Shown here piece after piece: positions 35,489 through 45,493 of a stretch of DNA of 64,000 bases. The notes below the pieces were generated by a model that was given only the letters and a program-made list of their open reading frames with translations, did not search any database and was not told the DNA's origin. Made by a program: the position numbers and the translations under genes. Source of the DNA: Sphingobacteriales bacterium 44-15 (lineage in GTDB: Bacteria > Bacteroidota > Bacteroidia > Chitinophagales > Chitinophagaceae); the NCBI GenBank assembly GCA_001899685.1, contig MKWG01000028.1, forward strand, positions 54,718-118,717, in the 5' to 3' direction. Position 1 is the stretch's first letter. The number at the start of each line of letters is the position of its first letter.

Positions 35489-36615
35489 TGGAATTCTTTT
35501 TGACTTATCTGGTAATGTTTTAAAGCATATTCATCAGGCTCTACTCCCAAGCCAGGGCCTTCAGGCAGTCTCACGTATGGAGGTTCGAACTGCAGGGAAG
35601 TTTTCAGCAGATCATGCTCCCTGATCATTCTTCCGAAAATATCGCTTGGCCAAGTACAGGAAGCGGCAGCGGCCGAGCTATGTACATACATAGCCTCCAG
35701 GATGCCCAGGTCTATTTCTGATCCGTGCCAACACGGCATTTCAGAAGCTGAAGCAATATGATCCAGCCGTTGAAAGTCAGCCAGCCCGCAGTTAAAGTTA
35801 AAGCCGTCAACCGCTCCCAACTGAATGGATTGGATTGCATCTTTTATCCGCTGACCGTGCAGCACATAAGGGAGCGATACATGCAGCACGATCGGCACCT
35901 GGCTGAAGGCACGCAGAGAAGCGTATTCGTTAAGCTGCCACCTCGGAATCGGTTCTTCCACGCATAAAAGGTTCCCGATCTTATTTAAATCCGCTATCCT
36001 TTTACGTGCTTCAAAAGCATGGGCCCATCTTTCATTAGGGTCGAGGATGACCTTCATGGAAGGGGCGGCATTAGCAATAACCTCGCACCATTTTACCACA
36101 TCATCTTCCAGGTCGCACTTAAACTTGATACAATCGTATCCCTGCGCTTCAAAAGCGCGAACCATTTCACCAATCTCTTCAACCAGCCTGTGACCGGACC
36201 ATGCACCAACTTTTACCTTTTCTCTGAGCGCCCCACCTAAAAGGTCTGACACGCGCATGTTGTGCGCCCTGGCATAAGCATCCCAGACAGCACATTCAAA
36301 ACCATCGTATTCTCTGCAAAAATTAAAGGGAAGCTTTTGCAGGATCAATGCATTGAGATTCTTGCCCAGCAACACTCTTATTATATCTTCCACGATCCGC
36401 CAGTCATGATTCCGGTATAGCTCACCCCATCCCACAACACCAGTGCTAAGTTCCATACGGATAATCAGTTTGGGGAGCTGGTCAAACTGTACGCTCCATG
36501 CCGATTGAGCACCGACCGGCAGCTTGTGCAACGGCTTGTTGAGGGATGCGCTGTTAATAGTACCCGGCCGGCCGGGAACAATTACTTCATAACAGGTAAT
36601 ACTGGAAATTTTCAT
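35485..36615 (-). CDS. enolase-superfamily enzyme (mandelate racemase/muconate lactonizing family)
   Basis: IKFKCD (KxK), ILDPNERW (Asp ligand), VEEP (Glu ligand) and a later Asp/His region. Confidence 0.85.
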   Translation of the reverse strand: MKISSITCYEVIVPGRPGTINSASLNKPLHKLPVGAQSAWSVQFDQLPKLIIRMELSTGVVGWGELYRNHDWRIVEDIIRVLLGKNLNALILQKLPFNFCREYDGFECAVWDAYARAHNMRVSDLLGGALREKVKVGAWSGHRLVEEIGEMVRAFEAQGYDCIKFKCDLEDDVVKWCEVIANAAPSMKVILDPNERWAHAFEARKRIADLNKIGNLLCVEEPIPRWQLNEYASLRAFSQVPIVLHVSLPYVLHGQRIKDAIQSIQLGAVDGFNFNCGLADFQRLDHIASASEMPCWHGSEIDLGILEAMYVHSSAAAASCTWPSDIFGRMIREHDLLKTSLQFEPPYVRLPEGPGLGVEPDEYALKHYQISQKEFH

Positions 36616-36661
36616 TCACCAAATATGTTTTTTGATCTTTTAATCTTCCCGTTCACTGTGA

Positions 36662-37444
36662 CTATGCCGGCATAGCGCCTGTCAACTTGATCGTATCTCC
36701 GTTGTCAATATAGATAGTCTGACCGGTAACGGAGCGACTTAAACCAGACAATAAAAAAGCAGCAACATAACCACAATCCAAAGGGTCAACTGCACGGGGA
36801 ATTACCTGCTCATGTTCAATATAATGCTTAATCCATCCATGGGGATCTTCTGTCCATGTGCCTATCAATGCATAATTTTGCTCGGCATGCACATACCCGG
36901 GCGCGATCGCATTCACCCGGATATCATATTTTCCCAACTCCACTGCCATCCCTCTTGTTAATCCTTCGACTGCGGCCTTCGCACCTGCATATATACTATA
37001 TCTCGCCATTGTAGCCCGGGCGTGGACGGAAGATACATTTACAATATTGCCCTTTGTTTTATTTTCCAATAGTTGACGTACAAAATATTTGGACATCATC
37101 CATACAGCCTTTATGTCAACATGATACAAATTATCAAACTCCTCCTCGCTTGCCTCGTGTGCTGGTTTACTCAGACCTATACCAGCATTGTTGACCAATC
37201 CATGAATAACACCTACATCCCTGCTCAGGTGATCAAACATGGCTTTAACCTCATCGGGCTTAGTGATATCAGCGGGTGCGGGTATAGCATCGGGATACTG
37301 TTTCATGGCGGCACTAAGCTTCTCTTCGGTAAGCTCATTAATCAGTAAACGTGCACCAAATTGAGAGAGAGCCTTGCAAATACCGCTTCCCACACCATTG
37401 CCTCCTCCTCCTGTAATTAAAATATTAGTTCCTTTCAAATCCAT
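36662..37444 (-). CDS. SDR-family oxidoreductase
   Basis: TGGGGNGVG cofactor loop, NNAG, catalytic S...YAGAKAA (YxxxK). Confidence 0.9.
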   Translation of the reverse strand: MDLKGTNILITGGGGNGVGSGICKALSQFGARLLINELTEEKLSAAMKQYPDAIPAPADITKPDEVKAMFDHLSRDVGVIHGLVNNAGIGLSKPAHEASEEEFDNLYHVDIKAVWMMSKYFVRQLLENKTKGNIVNVSSVHARATMARYSIYAGAKAAVEGLTRGMAVELGKYDIRVNAIAPGYVHAEQNYALIGTWTEDPHGWIKHYIEHEQVIPRAVDPLDCGYVAAFLLSGLSRSVTGQTIYIDNGDTIKLTGAMPA

Positions 37445-37463
37445 ATCTAAATAATTAGTAACA

Positions 37464-38144
37464 TCACATTACTGCATATCTGGCAAAGGCTTCGCAGGCG
37501 CTCATTCCTTCTTCTAACTTCATCTTTACAGTTCTCTCCGTCCTCACCTTTTCAAAAGCTTTCTCCAACACTTCCTGTTCAACGCTTTTGGGGATCACGC
37601 ACACTCCATCCTGATCTCCAAATATAATATCACCAGGTTCCACCAAAACCTGCCCGCAACGAATGGGAATTCTATAATCTACCACCTTTCCCCTTGGTTC
37701 CTGATCCTGTGCATAACTACCATAGGAAAAGCAGGGGAAATCCAATGCCAGTATGCCGGGCGTGTCTCTTGAATAACCGTCTACCACCGCGCCTGCAGCT
37801 CCCAATAGTTTAGCCCGGGTAGCCATTAATTCGCCCCATAAAGCATAGGTAGGAGAAGCACCCGAACAGATGTATACTTCATTCTTTTTTAAATCATCCA
37901 GCGCTTCAAGCATCAAACCAAAAGGTTTTTTCAATAAGTTGCCGTCACTGATCTGATCTATATCAGCTTCTAAAACTGTCATTGCCCTTCCCGCCATAAC
38001 CATTTTATCATTCAAAGGATGAAGGGTCGGTGGTAAAAACTGGTGCAGGTACCCCAATTTATCTAAAATATCTCCAATAACCGCAGTAAATAACTCGTTA
38101 CGGATCAGCTTAAATAATTCATCATCATTTTCCCATTCTTTCAT
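37464..38144 (-). CDS. RraA-family protein (RraA-like class II pyruvate/oxaloacetate aldolase family)
   Basis: WGELMATRAKLLGAAGAVVDGYSRD and GDIIFGDQDGVCVIP motifs. ATG at 38144; the longer ORF starts with TTG at 38156. Confidence 0.8.
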   Translation of the reverse strand: MKEWENDDELFKLIRNELFTAVIGDILDKLGYLHQFLPPTLHPLNDKMVMAGRAMTVLEADIDQISDGNLLKKPFGLMLEALDDLKKNEVYICSGASPTYALWGELMATRAKLLGAAGAVVDGYSRDTPGILALDFPCFSYGSYAQDQEPRGKVVDYRIPIRCGQVLVEPGDIIFGDQDGVCVIPKSVEQEVLEKAFEKVRTERTVKMKLEEGMSACEAFARYAVM

Positions 38145-38239
38145 AAGATTATTCAATTGTTTTATACATTTTAAAATGTGTTAATTAGCATGTTGTCCTT
38201 ATCTGCAAATAATCTCCCTAATAGAACTGCAGCATATAT

Positions 38240-39826
38240 TTATTTTTCTGTCCAGTTTGCTTTCACATCAAAATAATCGAGCCAGTACCTGTGTTTTAGC
38301 TCCCGATCATGAAAATTAGCATAGTCTGTTACTGACTTTTCAGACCAGGCCCGTTCTGCCAGGGCAAGCACCCTCGGAAAAAGCTGGTAATCTATCCTGC
38401 TTTCCGTACGATCAATATGAGACCAGAAGCAAGCCTGAATTCCCAAATAGCGCTTCGTTTCGTCTTCGGTTAAATTTTCAGGAACCGGATCAAAAGCATA
38501 CACTTTCCTGGTAGGTGTTGTAGCATAACTGTAATCAAAATACAAGTTTGATGTGGGGCATAATACGACATCATAACCGGCTTTTACTTCATCCAGCCCC
38601 CTATTCTGGTCCCGCCATACCATAATGATCCATTTCTTATCTACCCCCTGTGAAAAAACCTCATCCCATCCTACGGGTCTCCTGGCATTTGCTGTCACAT
38701 TGCTGCCCACCCTGTTCATCATATATCCCTGAAGATGCTCCTGATCTTTAATCCCAAGGTTGTCCATTATCAGCTTGCAATTGTCACAATCATTCCAGGC
38801 ACCTTCGGGAACTTCATCTCCACCCAAATGCATATACACCGCAGGAAAAATATGTGCAACTTCATCAATGACATTTTTAAAAAAAACGTATGTGTCTTTA
38901 TTACCCGCGCAAAACACAGAGTTGGTAATGCCGGGCCCCGAAAAAAAAGGAAAGACAGGCGATACTTCTCCCGAACAGGATAAGGCAGGATAAGCATACA
39001 ATGCAGCATGATTATGACCGGGGAATTCAATCTCCGGAATTATGGTAACATGTTTTCTTTGCGCATATTCTACCAGCTCTTTCATCTGAACCTGTGTATA
39101 AAATCCTTCAAATTCTTTTGGTTCATTATATCTTTTATCAAAAAAGGCTCCTTTGCCCGTTAATAAGGGATATTTTTTTATCTCTAATCTCCATCCCTGA
39201 TCATCAGTTAAGTGCAAATGAAGGCTGTTCATTTTATAGAACGACATGCGGTCAATGATTTTCTTTAAATATTCCACCGAAAGGAATGTTCTCGAACAAT
39301 CAAGCATAAGTCCCCGCCACCGAAACCGGGGCTGATCCTGTATACGGATACCCGGGATAGCTATCCCGCCGGCACCTTTATCAATCACGGATTGCACCAG
39401 GCTCATGCATCCGTAAAAAGCTCCTGATGAGCTGGATGCCAGTATTTGAATCTGCTGTTCGGAAACATCCAGGATATATCCTTCTGCAGAAACATCCGTT
39501 TTAGGAACATGCTTAAGCAATATCCCGGCATTAGAAGAATGGATATTTCCGGTTTGCTTAACAGGAACTGTTACCCCGAAAACCTTTTTCAAATAACCAG
39601 CCAATATTTGCGCATCCGAAATGAATGCAGGGTCAGCGGCAACAGATGTTCCGCCATCTATTGAGAAAGTGGCGCCTTCCTTTAATACAATGGATCCTGA
39701 AGGCTTCGGGATAATAGCAAGTTCCTGGACCATTGCAACCTTAGTCATAAAAGCCAGTAAAAACAATATTACAAGATGCCTGCTGTTGTATATTATACAA
39801 TGCCGGATATGCTTTATCGTAATCAT
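38240..39826 (-). CDS. GH20 beta-N-acetylhexosaminidase, secreted
   Basis: Signal sequence, RGLMLDCSR, HLHLTDDQGWR, GGDE catalytic region. Confidence 0.9.
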   Translation of the reverse strand: MITIKHIRHCIIYNSRHLVILFLLAFMTKVAMVQELAIIPKPSGSIVLKEGATFSIDGGTSVAADPAFISDAQILAGYLKKVFGVTVPVKQTGNIHSSNAGILLKHVPKTDVSAEGYILDVSEQQIQILASSSSGAFYGCMSLVQSVIDKGAGGIAIPGIRIQDQPRFRWRGLMLDCSRTFLSVEYLKKIIDRMSFYKMNSLHLHLTDDQGWRLEIKKYPLLTGKGAFFDKRYNEPKEFEGFYTQVQMKELVEYAQRKHVTIIPEIEFPGHNHAALYAYPALSCSGEVSPVFPFFSGPGITNSVFCAGNKDTYVFFKNVIDEVAHIFPAVYMHLGGDEVPEGAWNDCDNCKLIMDNLGIKDQEHLQGYMMNRVGSNVTANARRPVGWDEVFSQGVDKKWIIMVWRDQNRGLDEVKAGYDVVLCPTSNLYFDYSYATTPTRKVYAFDPVPENLTEDETKRYLGIQACFWSHIDRTESRIDYQLFPRVLALAERAWSEKSVTDYANFHDRELKHRYWLDYFDVKANWTEK

Positions 39827-39882
39827 TTTAATTATCAGTATTCGCTTTATTTGTTTAGACCAATTATTTTCTTTCTGGCAAC

Positions 39883-40920
39883 CTATATTATGCTTTTAAG
39901 CTTCTTAAAAGCTTCAGCTTTTCCCCTGCCCCACACTTCGTTTAAACTCACCTGTTTACTTCCTAAGGATTTGCTTTTATCCGCGGCTTCCATAAACGCG
40001 CAGATCTCCATTGTGACCTCTTCTTCTATCGGGGACTGTCCGCTACGGAAAAAAAGTGTTACTGCTTTTAGCATAGACTCATACCCGTCGTAAGGTCCTA
40101 AAACTGTGTCTCCCTTTTCTCCATAAGCTATACCACCATACGAATGTATGCCTGTTCGGGTTCCGCGAAAAGTCCCTATGCGCCCGTCTTTCCACACGCC
40201 CACTACCAGGTCTGTACCCGTAGTATGGGTCCTGCTCAATTTTTCGCATCCTGCACCCATAACAGCATAAAGAATTTCCACTCCGTGGATCCCATACCAG
40301 AAAAAATCAGGATGAGTCTTTTCTATTATGGCAGGGCTGTAAGCTTCTGCACCTACGATCTTTCCTGACTTTCCACTTATCACTTCCTGCACACTTGCCA
40401 TATAACGCAGTGAGGAGCAGGAAAAGACCGGTGTTTTATAATGCTTTGCAACCTCAAATATTGCTATGGTATCAGCTAAGGATGCAGATACAGGCTTGTC
40501 AATAAAAAGAGGTTTCCCTGCTTTCAATACAGGTATTGCCTGCTCAAGATGCATATTACCGTCAATACAAGTTAAAATAACCGCATCTACCTGCTCTAGC
40601 AACGCGGGTATGGAATCTACAATCTTCACGCCGTATTGCCTGACCTCTTCTGTAATTTGCGGAATCCGTTCCTTCCATTCAATAATATTCTCAGTCCCTT
40701 TAGGATAAGCGGCCGTTATTTTATAGCCGTTAAATTCCTCAGGTGATCCGTTGATAGACTTGGTAAATGCCGCACAGTGCCCGGTGTCCAAACCGATCAT
40801 GCCTATTCTTTTACCTTCCGTTTTGCCATATTCCGCCGCATGTGCTGATATTTTATCTGCAACACTAATACCCATACCGGTCAGCACCATGTTCCTTATA
40901 AACATTCTTCTGTCAGCCAT
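39883..40920 (-). CDS. Gfo/Idh/MocA-family oxidoreductase with a twin-arginine signal
   Basis: Tat-like MADRRMFIRNMVLTGMGISVA...AHA; Rossmann RIGMIGLDTGH. Confidence 0.85.
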   Translation of the reverse strand: MADRRMFIRNMVLTGMGISVADKISAHAAEYGKTEGKRIGMIGLDTGHCAAFTKSINGSPEEFNGYKITAAYPKGTENIIEWKERIPQITEEVRQYGVKIVDSIPALLEQVDAVILTCIDGNMHLEQAIPVLKAGKPLFIDKPVSASLADTIAIFEVAKHYKTPVFSCSSLRYMASVQEVISGKSGKIVGAEAYSPAIIEKTHPDFFWYGIHGVEILYAVMGAGCEKLSRTHTTGTDLVVGVWKDGRIGTFRGTRTGIHSYGGIAYGEKGDTVLGPYDGYESMLKAVTLFFRSGQSPIEEEVTMEICAFMEAADKSKSLGSKQVSLNEVWGRGKAEAFKKLKSII

Positions 40921-40938
40921 ATCTGTATTATTTTCTCT

Positions 40939-42291
40939 TTATTGATTTAAATACTGATGTGGGAATTTCCAGGGCGCACGGTATTCGGGAATCGCCAGCT
41001 TAGCCGCCTCTTTATCATCCATAATCGTTTCTGTTTTCGGGTCAAACCGTATGGATCTTCCCAGTTTCATAGACAGCACACTAAGGGCTATAGGAATATC
41101 TACCTTAATATGATACTCAGGATTACAGGAAGGCTGTTTTCTTGATTTGATACATTCTATCCATTCAAGCTCATGTCCCGGTGAAGCAGGTATGGACTTT
41201 GCCGGTGTTGTCATACCATTCATTCTGTCACCCTCCGGCAGGATCTGTGAAGTATCATAGTCTGTCAGCAGGGTGCCATTTGTTCCATGGAAATAAATAC
41301 CCAGCCTTCTCTGGCTCTTTTGCTCCCTGAGAAAATCGAAACCGTAACTGTTTGTTGACGATTGCATCCAGGTCATTGTAAGATTTGGATACCGCCAGAT
41401 CACCTCGTGGTTATCGTAAGCATCGCCGTCATCCCTGATAATATACTTTCCGCCAATTGCGCTGATTTCAGTAGGATAATCCAGCTCAAGCGCCCAAATG
41501 GGCAGATCTGTGATATGGGGCGCCATTCCCGGCGTCCATCCACCACTATAATCCATCCAGAAACAATGATAGAAAGCATTCTTAACGAGGTTAGGATTGA
41601 AAGGCTTCTTTTGTGCCGGTCCTACCCACATATCCCAATCCAGCCCTTTAGGAATAACAGTAGTGTTGTTCCCGCTTCCAATGCCATTCGGTGCTTCATT
41701 CATCACAAAAAATGTTCGAACTGTTCCGATTTTACCCAAATTGCCGGATCGTACTAATTCCACCATACGGCGATAGTGATCACTTGAATGAATTTGCGTC
41801 CCCACCTGGCAGATAACTTTGTGCTTTCTTATAGCATTCCGCACTGCAATACTTTCTCCCGGGTGCATTGTCATCGGTTTCTGTAAATAAATGTCCAGCC
41901 CGGCTTCTGCAGCTTCGATCGCCTGAAGGGCATGCCAGTGGGCAGGTGTGCCGATAATAACAGCATCTAATCCTTTATGACGAAGCAATTCACGGTAATC
42001 GGTATACCCTGTACAGGTATTTTTAAATTTTGCCACGATCGGATCAAGCCTGTCTTTCCAAACATCGCAGGCAGCTGCAACCACCACATCAGGGTGTGCC
42101 GTACAGTTACGCAGGTTCGCTGTTCCAAGATCTCCACATCCGATAATGCCCAGGTTAATTTTATCGCTCGGAGCAGTGCCTTTAGGCTTATCCCCTACAT
42201 AAAAATCCTTTGTCAGCGGAGTACCAATAGCAGTAATCGCCATAGACTTTACAAATTTTCTTCTCGAAAAGGAAGATGTATTTTCTTTCAT
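40939..42291 (-). CDS. Gfo/Idh/MocA-family oxidoreductase with a twin-arginine signal
   Basis: SRRKFVKSMAITAIG Tat motif, NLGIIGCGDLG Rossmann, EKP-like LQKPM. ATG at 42291 (GTG at 42312 is possible). Confidence 0.85.
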   Translation of the reverse strand: MKENTSSFSRRKFVKSMAITAIGTPLTKDFYVGDKPKGTAPSDKINLGIIGCGDLGTANLRNCTAHPDVVVAAACDVWKDRLDPIVAKFKNTCTGYTDYRELLRHKGLDAVIIGTPAHWHALQAIEAAEAGLDIYLQKPMTMHPGESIAVRNAIRKHKVICQVGTQIHSSDHYRRMVELVRSGNLGKIGTVRTFFVMNEAPNGIGSGNNTTVIPKGLDWDMWVGPAQKKPFNPNLVKNAFYHCFWMDYSGGWTPGMAPHITDLPIWALELDYPTEISAIGGKYIIRDDGDAYDNHEVIWRYPNLTMTWMQSSTNSYGFDFLREQKSQRRLGIYFHGTNGTLLTDYDTSQILPEGDRMNGMTTPAKSIPASPGHELEWIECIKSRKQPSCNPEYHIKVDIPIALSVLSMKLGRSIRFDPKTETIMDDKEAAKLAIPEYRAPWKFPHQYLNQ

Positions 42292-42335
42292 ATTTAACCA
42301 ATTTAATTGCACGCCAGGTAATCATTACCTGACCA

Positions 42336-43673
42336 TTATTTAGCATTTGATCTGAAATGATATAAAGGTGTTAAAGTATAATTATATGCATCCCATCGCT
42401 TCGCTGCAAGATCCTGGTCCTGCACGGCATTCGAATGTACCACCAATCTATATCTTAAAATTAAAGGATCTCCTTTTTTCAGAGCATATCGTGTATTTGG
42501 TGTGGGAAAAGTAGGCTGAACCCATGAAAGATTATCATAATGAGCCCATGCTCCGGGATATTCGGGATTGTCTTTATGTTGTAAGATCATTAATCCTGAG
42601 TGGTTCCCCTCGAAGATACCATTTAGATCGGACCAGGCTCTCACAATACTTCCTGCTGTATCAGTGTAAAACGATATTTCCTGTTGCTGTGGCGTTTGCA
42701 TACGAACACAAAACCCACCGTAACTGTTGGTAAGGCGCGTTGCTAAAGTAATGCTGTCTTTCAAAGCCATTAGCCGAATGCTGAAATCAATAATTCGTGC
42801 AGACTTCGTTTTCCGGTAAGCCCTGATTACAACAAATTCATTGACGACGGGAGTAGAATCATTCCATTTCCACAAGTTCTCTGCTGCTACCTGTGCAAAT
42901 ACCGGACCGCTCATTACATTAACATTCTCTGTCGGTCTGGCAAAGATCCGCTGTAAAGCATATAGATCTCCCCTTTCAGTTCCCACTTCAACTTCAGGCC
43001 ATGCCCAAAATATACCCCGATGATGAAACTCACCATCTGCAGGCCAATCCTTTGTCAGGATTTCACCATTTAATCCATACAACGGATGTATATAGTCGTT
43101 GCGGGGCACTGCATATACAAGATTAGTATAAGCGGAATCTTTGGGGAGATGGGGATTCTCTTTCAGAAATTCAGACAGGTAAACTCCTCCCAAACCGGAA
43201 ATAGAAGGCTTTTGCGCCTCCGACCCCGGCAAACGAATAACATCTTTCTCATAAATAGTATGGTAATTATATTGCAGCACTTTTTTGCCATTTTCCTCAA
43301 AAAGTATCTGCCCGCTGTTAGGATCAACGGTTGCATTCATTATATTACCGAATGCATCATCTTCCTGCTCATGTAAGCTAAATGCATAAGCACCGCTGTT
43401 TTCTTTTGGTAACACCATCACCATTTTAGGATGCTCTGGATCACTATCGTCTAACTGCTGTGGTATGATAGAATCGGTATTATTCAATCGTAAAATCAAT
43501 CGTCCTTCTTTGGCAGCACTCAACTGGCCGGCGTCCAGATTAACTTCTACCGATACTGGCGACTGCGTCTCACTAAATAAGTGATGCTCATCCGGAATAG
43601 TAATGATGCTCTGCCTGGCAGAGCAGGCAGAAAGCGTAACAATAACCAGAAGAGCCATACTGTTTTGTATCAT
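42336..43673 (-). CDS. DUF6807/PmoA-like family lipoprotein with an extra N-terminal domain
   Basis: The ATG at 43673 gives MIQNSMALLVIVTLSAC. The C-terminal ~260 aa carry YIHPLYGLNG...HHRGIFWAW...YGGFCVRM...LQHKDNPEYPGAW...LRYRLVVHS, as I recall for DUF6807. Confidence 0.65.
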   Translation of the reverse strand: MIQNSMALLVIVTLSACSARQSIITIPDEHHLFSETQSPVSVEVNLDAGQLSAAKEGRLILRLNNTDSIIPQQLDDSDPEHPKMVMVLPKENSGAYAFSLHEQEDDAFGNIMNATVDPNSGQILFEENGKKVLQYNYHTIYEKDVIRLPGSEAQKPSISGLGGVYLSEFLKENPHLPKDSAYTNLVYAVPRNDYIHPLYGLNGEILTKDWPADGEFHHRGIFWAWPEVEVGTERGDLYALQRIFARPTENVNVMSGPVFAQVAAENLWKWNDSTPVVNEFVVIRAYRKTKSARIIDFSIRLMALKDSITLATRLTNSYGGFCVRMQTPQQQEISFYTDTAGSIVRAWSDLNGIFEGNHSGLMILQHKDNPEYPGAWAHYDNLSWVQPTFPTPNTRYALKKGDPLILRYRLVVHSNAVQDQDLAAKRWDAYNYTLTPLYHFRSNAK

Positions 43674-43732
43674 GATTATAGTATTTATTTTCAAACCACT
43701 ATAAAGGTGCATGCAAAAGACGTAATATCGAC

Positions 43733-45484
43733 TTACCAGCCGGGGTTTTGCTCCAACTGTTTATTTAAGGTTAATTCTTCTGTTGAAACAGGGCTTAAAT
43801 AATCTCTGTCCGGCTTAAAGCCGTAACCACCGGGCAACTGTGATTTAAGGGGATCAAAATAGCCGTCTGTTAATGTAAAATCAGAAGCATGTAAATCAGG
43901 ATAGTCTGTGGTGTTAAATACAGCTCCCAATGGACGTTTTCCTACAATAACTTTTTCAGCCGCAGCCCATCTGGCCAGATCGTTCCACCTGAATCCCTCC
44001 AAAACAAGCTCCACGCGACGTTCACGCCTTATTTCATTAAGCACAGGTGTCAGATCAGGAAATTGCCAATGAGGATCTTCCTCAATTGCAGCTATATTCA
44101 AATGAGGCATAGACACCCGGTTGCGAAGCTGGTTGATGCTTATATCAATATCCTCCTGGGTGATCGTGCCTAATTCAGCTTTGGCTTCTGCATAATTCAA
44201 TAAGGCTTCTGCATACCTGAATACAATCCAGCCGGTATAACCAACGGGTAATGTTTCAAGAGAGGCATGATGAACAGGATCAAAATTCAGGAATTTATTC
44301 ATCTGATAGCCCGTAGGGCACCGCGTATGAGCAGGATCTGCGACCGTGGGCCTTTGAAAATACGTTGTGTCCCCCCCAACAGCCTGAAGCGGAAAACCGG
44401 GAGTAAAGATCGTTTGTGTAAACCTCGGATCACGGTTGGTCGCTGTTTTCTTCAGGGTGCCATCTCCCTCATACAGTGGATTTTCAGCACCATTACCTAA
44501 ATAAATAGGTCTTCCGTCTTTACACAGGTAAGCGTCAACAAAAGACTTTGTCAATCCCATGCCGCCGGATTTTCCCGTGGCAATCTGAAACTGAAAAGAA
44601 TTCCCTTTATTTAAACTCAGGTCATATTTTTCCCATAACAGTACTTCGGAATTGGTAGAATAATCCACCCGGCTAAAGAGGTTAAAATAATCCCATCCGG
44701 GATCTCCGGTGGAATAAATAGTGTACAATCCTGATTCTATCACTGCTTTAGCGGATTGAGCCGCCAGATCAAGATATTTTTGCGATTGGGGATTGTCTAC
44801 TTTAAATTCATCCGCCACATGATACTTCTCCCAGGTACCTTCATATAAGCAAACTCTTGACTTAAACAATAACGCAATTTCCCTGCTTAGCCTTGTAGCG
44901 GCTTCCTGCTTACCACTGGGCAGGAGCTCAATCGCTTCATCCAGATCTGCAATAACAGAATCAACAACCTGATTGCGGGGAGTGCGAGGCATATACAGCT
45001 CTTCCGAATTAGTATTCAATGGAGCACTAATATAAGGTACGTCTCCATATTCCTTCACCAGGCTAAAATAGAAGAATGCCCGGAAAAAATGCGCCTCTCC
45101 CACATAACTTTTATAGCTGTTGAAAGGATCTGCCACTTTATCATAATTTGCCATAAAAACATTCAGGGCACGGATATTGGCATAACTCCATCCTCCTGTG
45201 GCAGGCACTACCCTTGCACCCTGCAGCCTGGGATTAGCAAGCACCAACCCGACATCATCGCTCTGTGCGTCGGCAGCAAAATCTCCATTTAGCTGATCAC
45301 CCATAGGCTGGTCAAATGCTGCAGGATAAAATTGATTGACATACAATTTGAGGTCATTGCCTGTTTTCCAGAAATCTACAGTTGTGATCTGATCAAGCGG
45401 GTACTTGTTCAAAAAATCCTTTTTGCACCCTATTGCCACTGAAAGCAAAAGCAACAAGCTGTATTTATATATATTTATTCTCAT
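43733..45484 (-). CDS. susD: RagB/SusD-family nutrient-binding lipoprotein
   Basis: Lipoprotein signal (LLSVAIGC) and the SusD C-terminal motif (VLEGFRWNDLARW). Confidence 0.9.
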   Translation of the reverse strand: MRINIYKYSLLLLLSVAIGCKKDFLNKYPLDQITTVDFWKTGNDLKLYVNQFYPAAFDQPMGDQLNGDFAADAQSDDVGLVLANPRLQGARVVPATGGWSYANIRALNVFMANYDKVADPFNSYKSYVGEAHFFRAFFYFSLVKEYGDVPYISAPLNTNSEELYMPRTPRNQVVDSVIADLDEAIELLPSGKQEAATRLSREIALLFKSRVCLYEGTWEKYHVADEFKVDNPQSQKYLDLAAQSAKAVIESGLYTIYSTGDPGWDYFNLFSRVDYSTNSEVLLWEKYDLSLNKGNSFQFQIATGKSGGMGLTKSFVDAYLCKDGRPIYLGNGAENPLYEGDGTLKKTATNRDPRFTQTIFTPGFPLQAVGGDTTYFQRPTVADPAHTRCPTGYQMNKFLNFDPVHHASLETLPVGYTGWIVFRYAEALLNYAEAKAELGTITQEDIDISINQLRNRVSMPHLNIAAIEEDPHWQFPDLTPVLNEIRRERRVELVLEGFRWNDLARWAAAEKVIVGKRPLGAVFNTTDYPDLHASDFTLTDGYFDPLKSQLPGGYGFKPDRDYLSPVSTEELTLNKQLEQNPGW

Positions 45485-45493
45485 GGTTTCAAA

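Noticed and set aside
40939-42291. Calling the 450-aa Tat-signal Gfo/Idh/MocA protein a GH109 alpha-N-acetylgalactosaminidase outright.
   Set aside because: Only the general fold and signal-type features are shared. I cannot verify GH109-specific motifs without an alignment, so it is kept as a possibility in the findings rather than an annotation.
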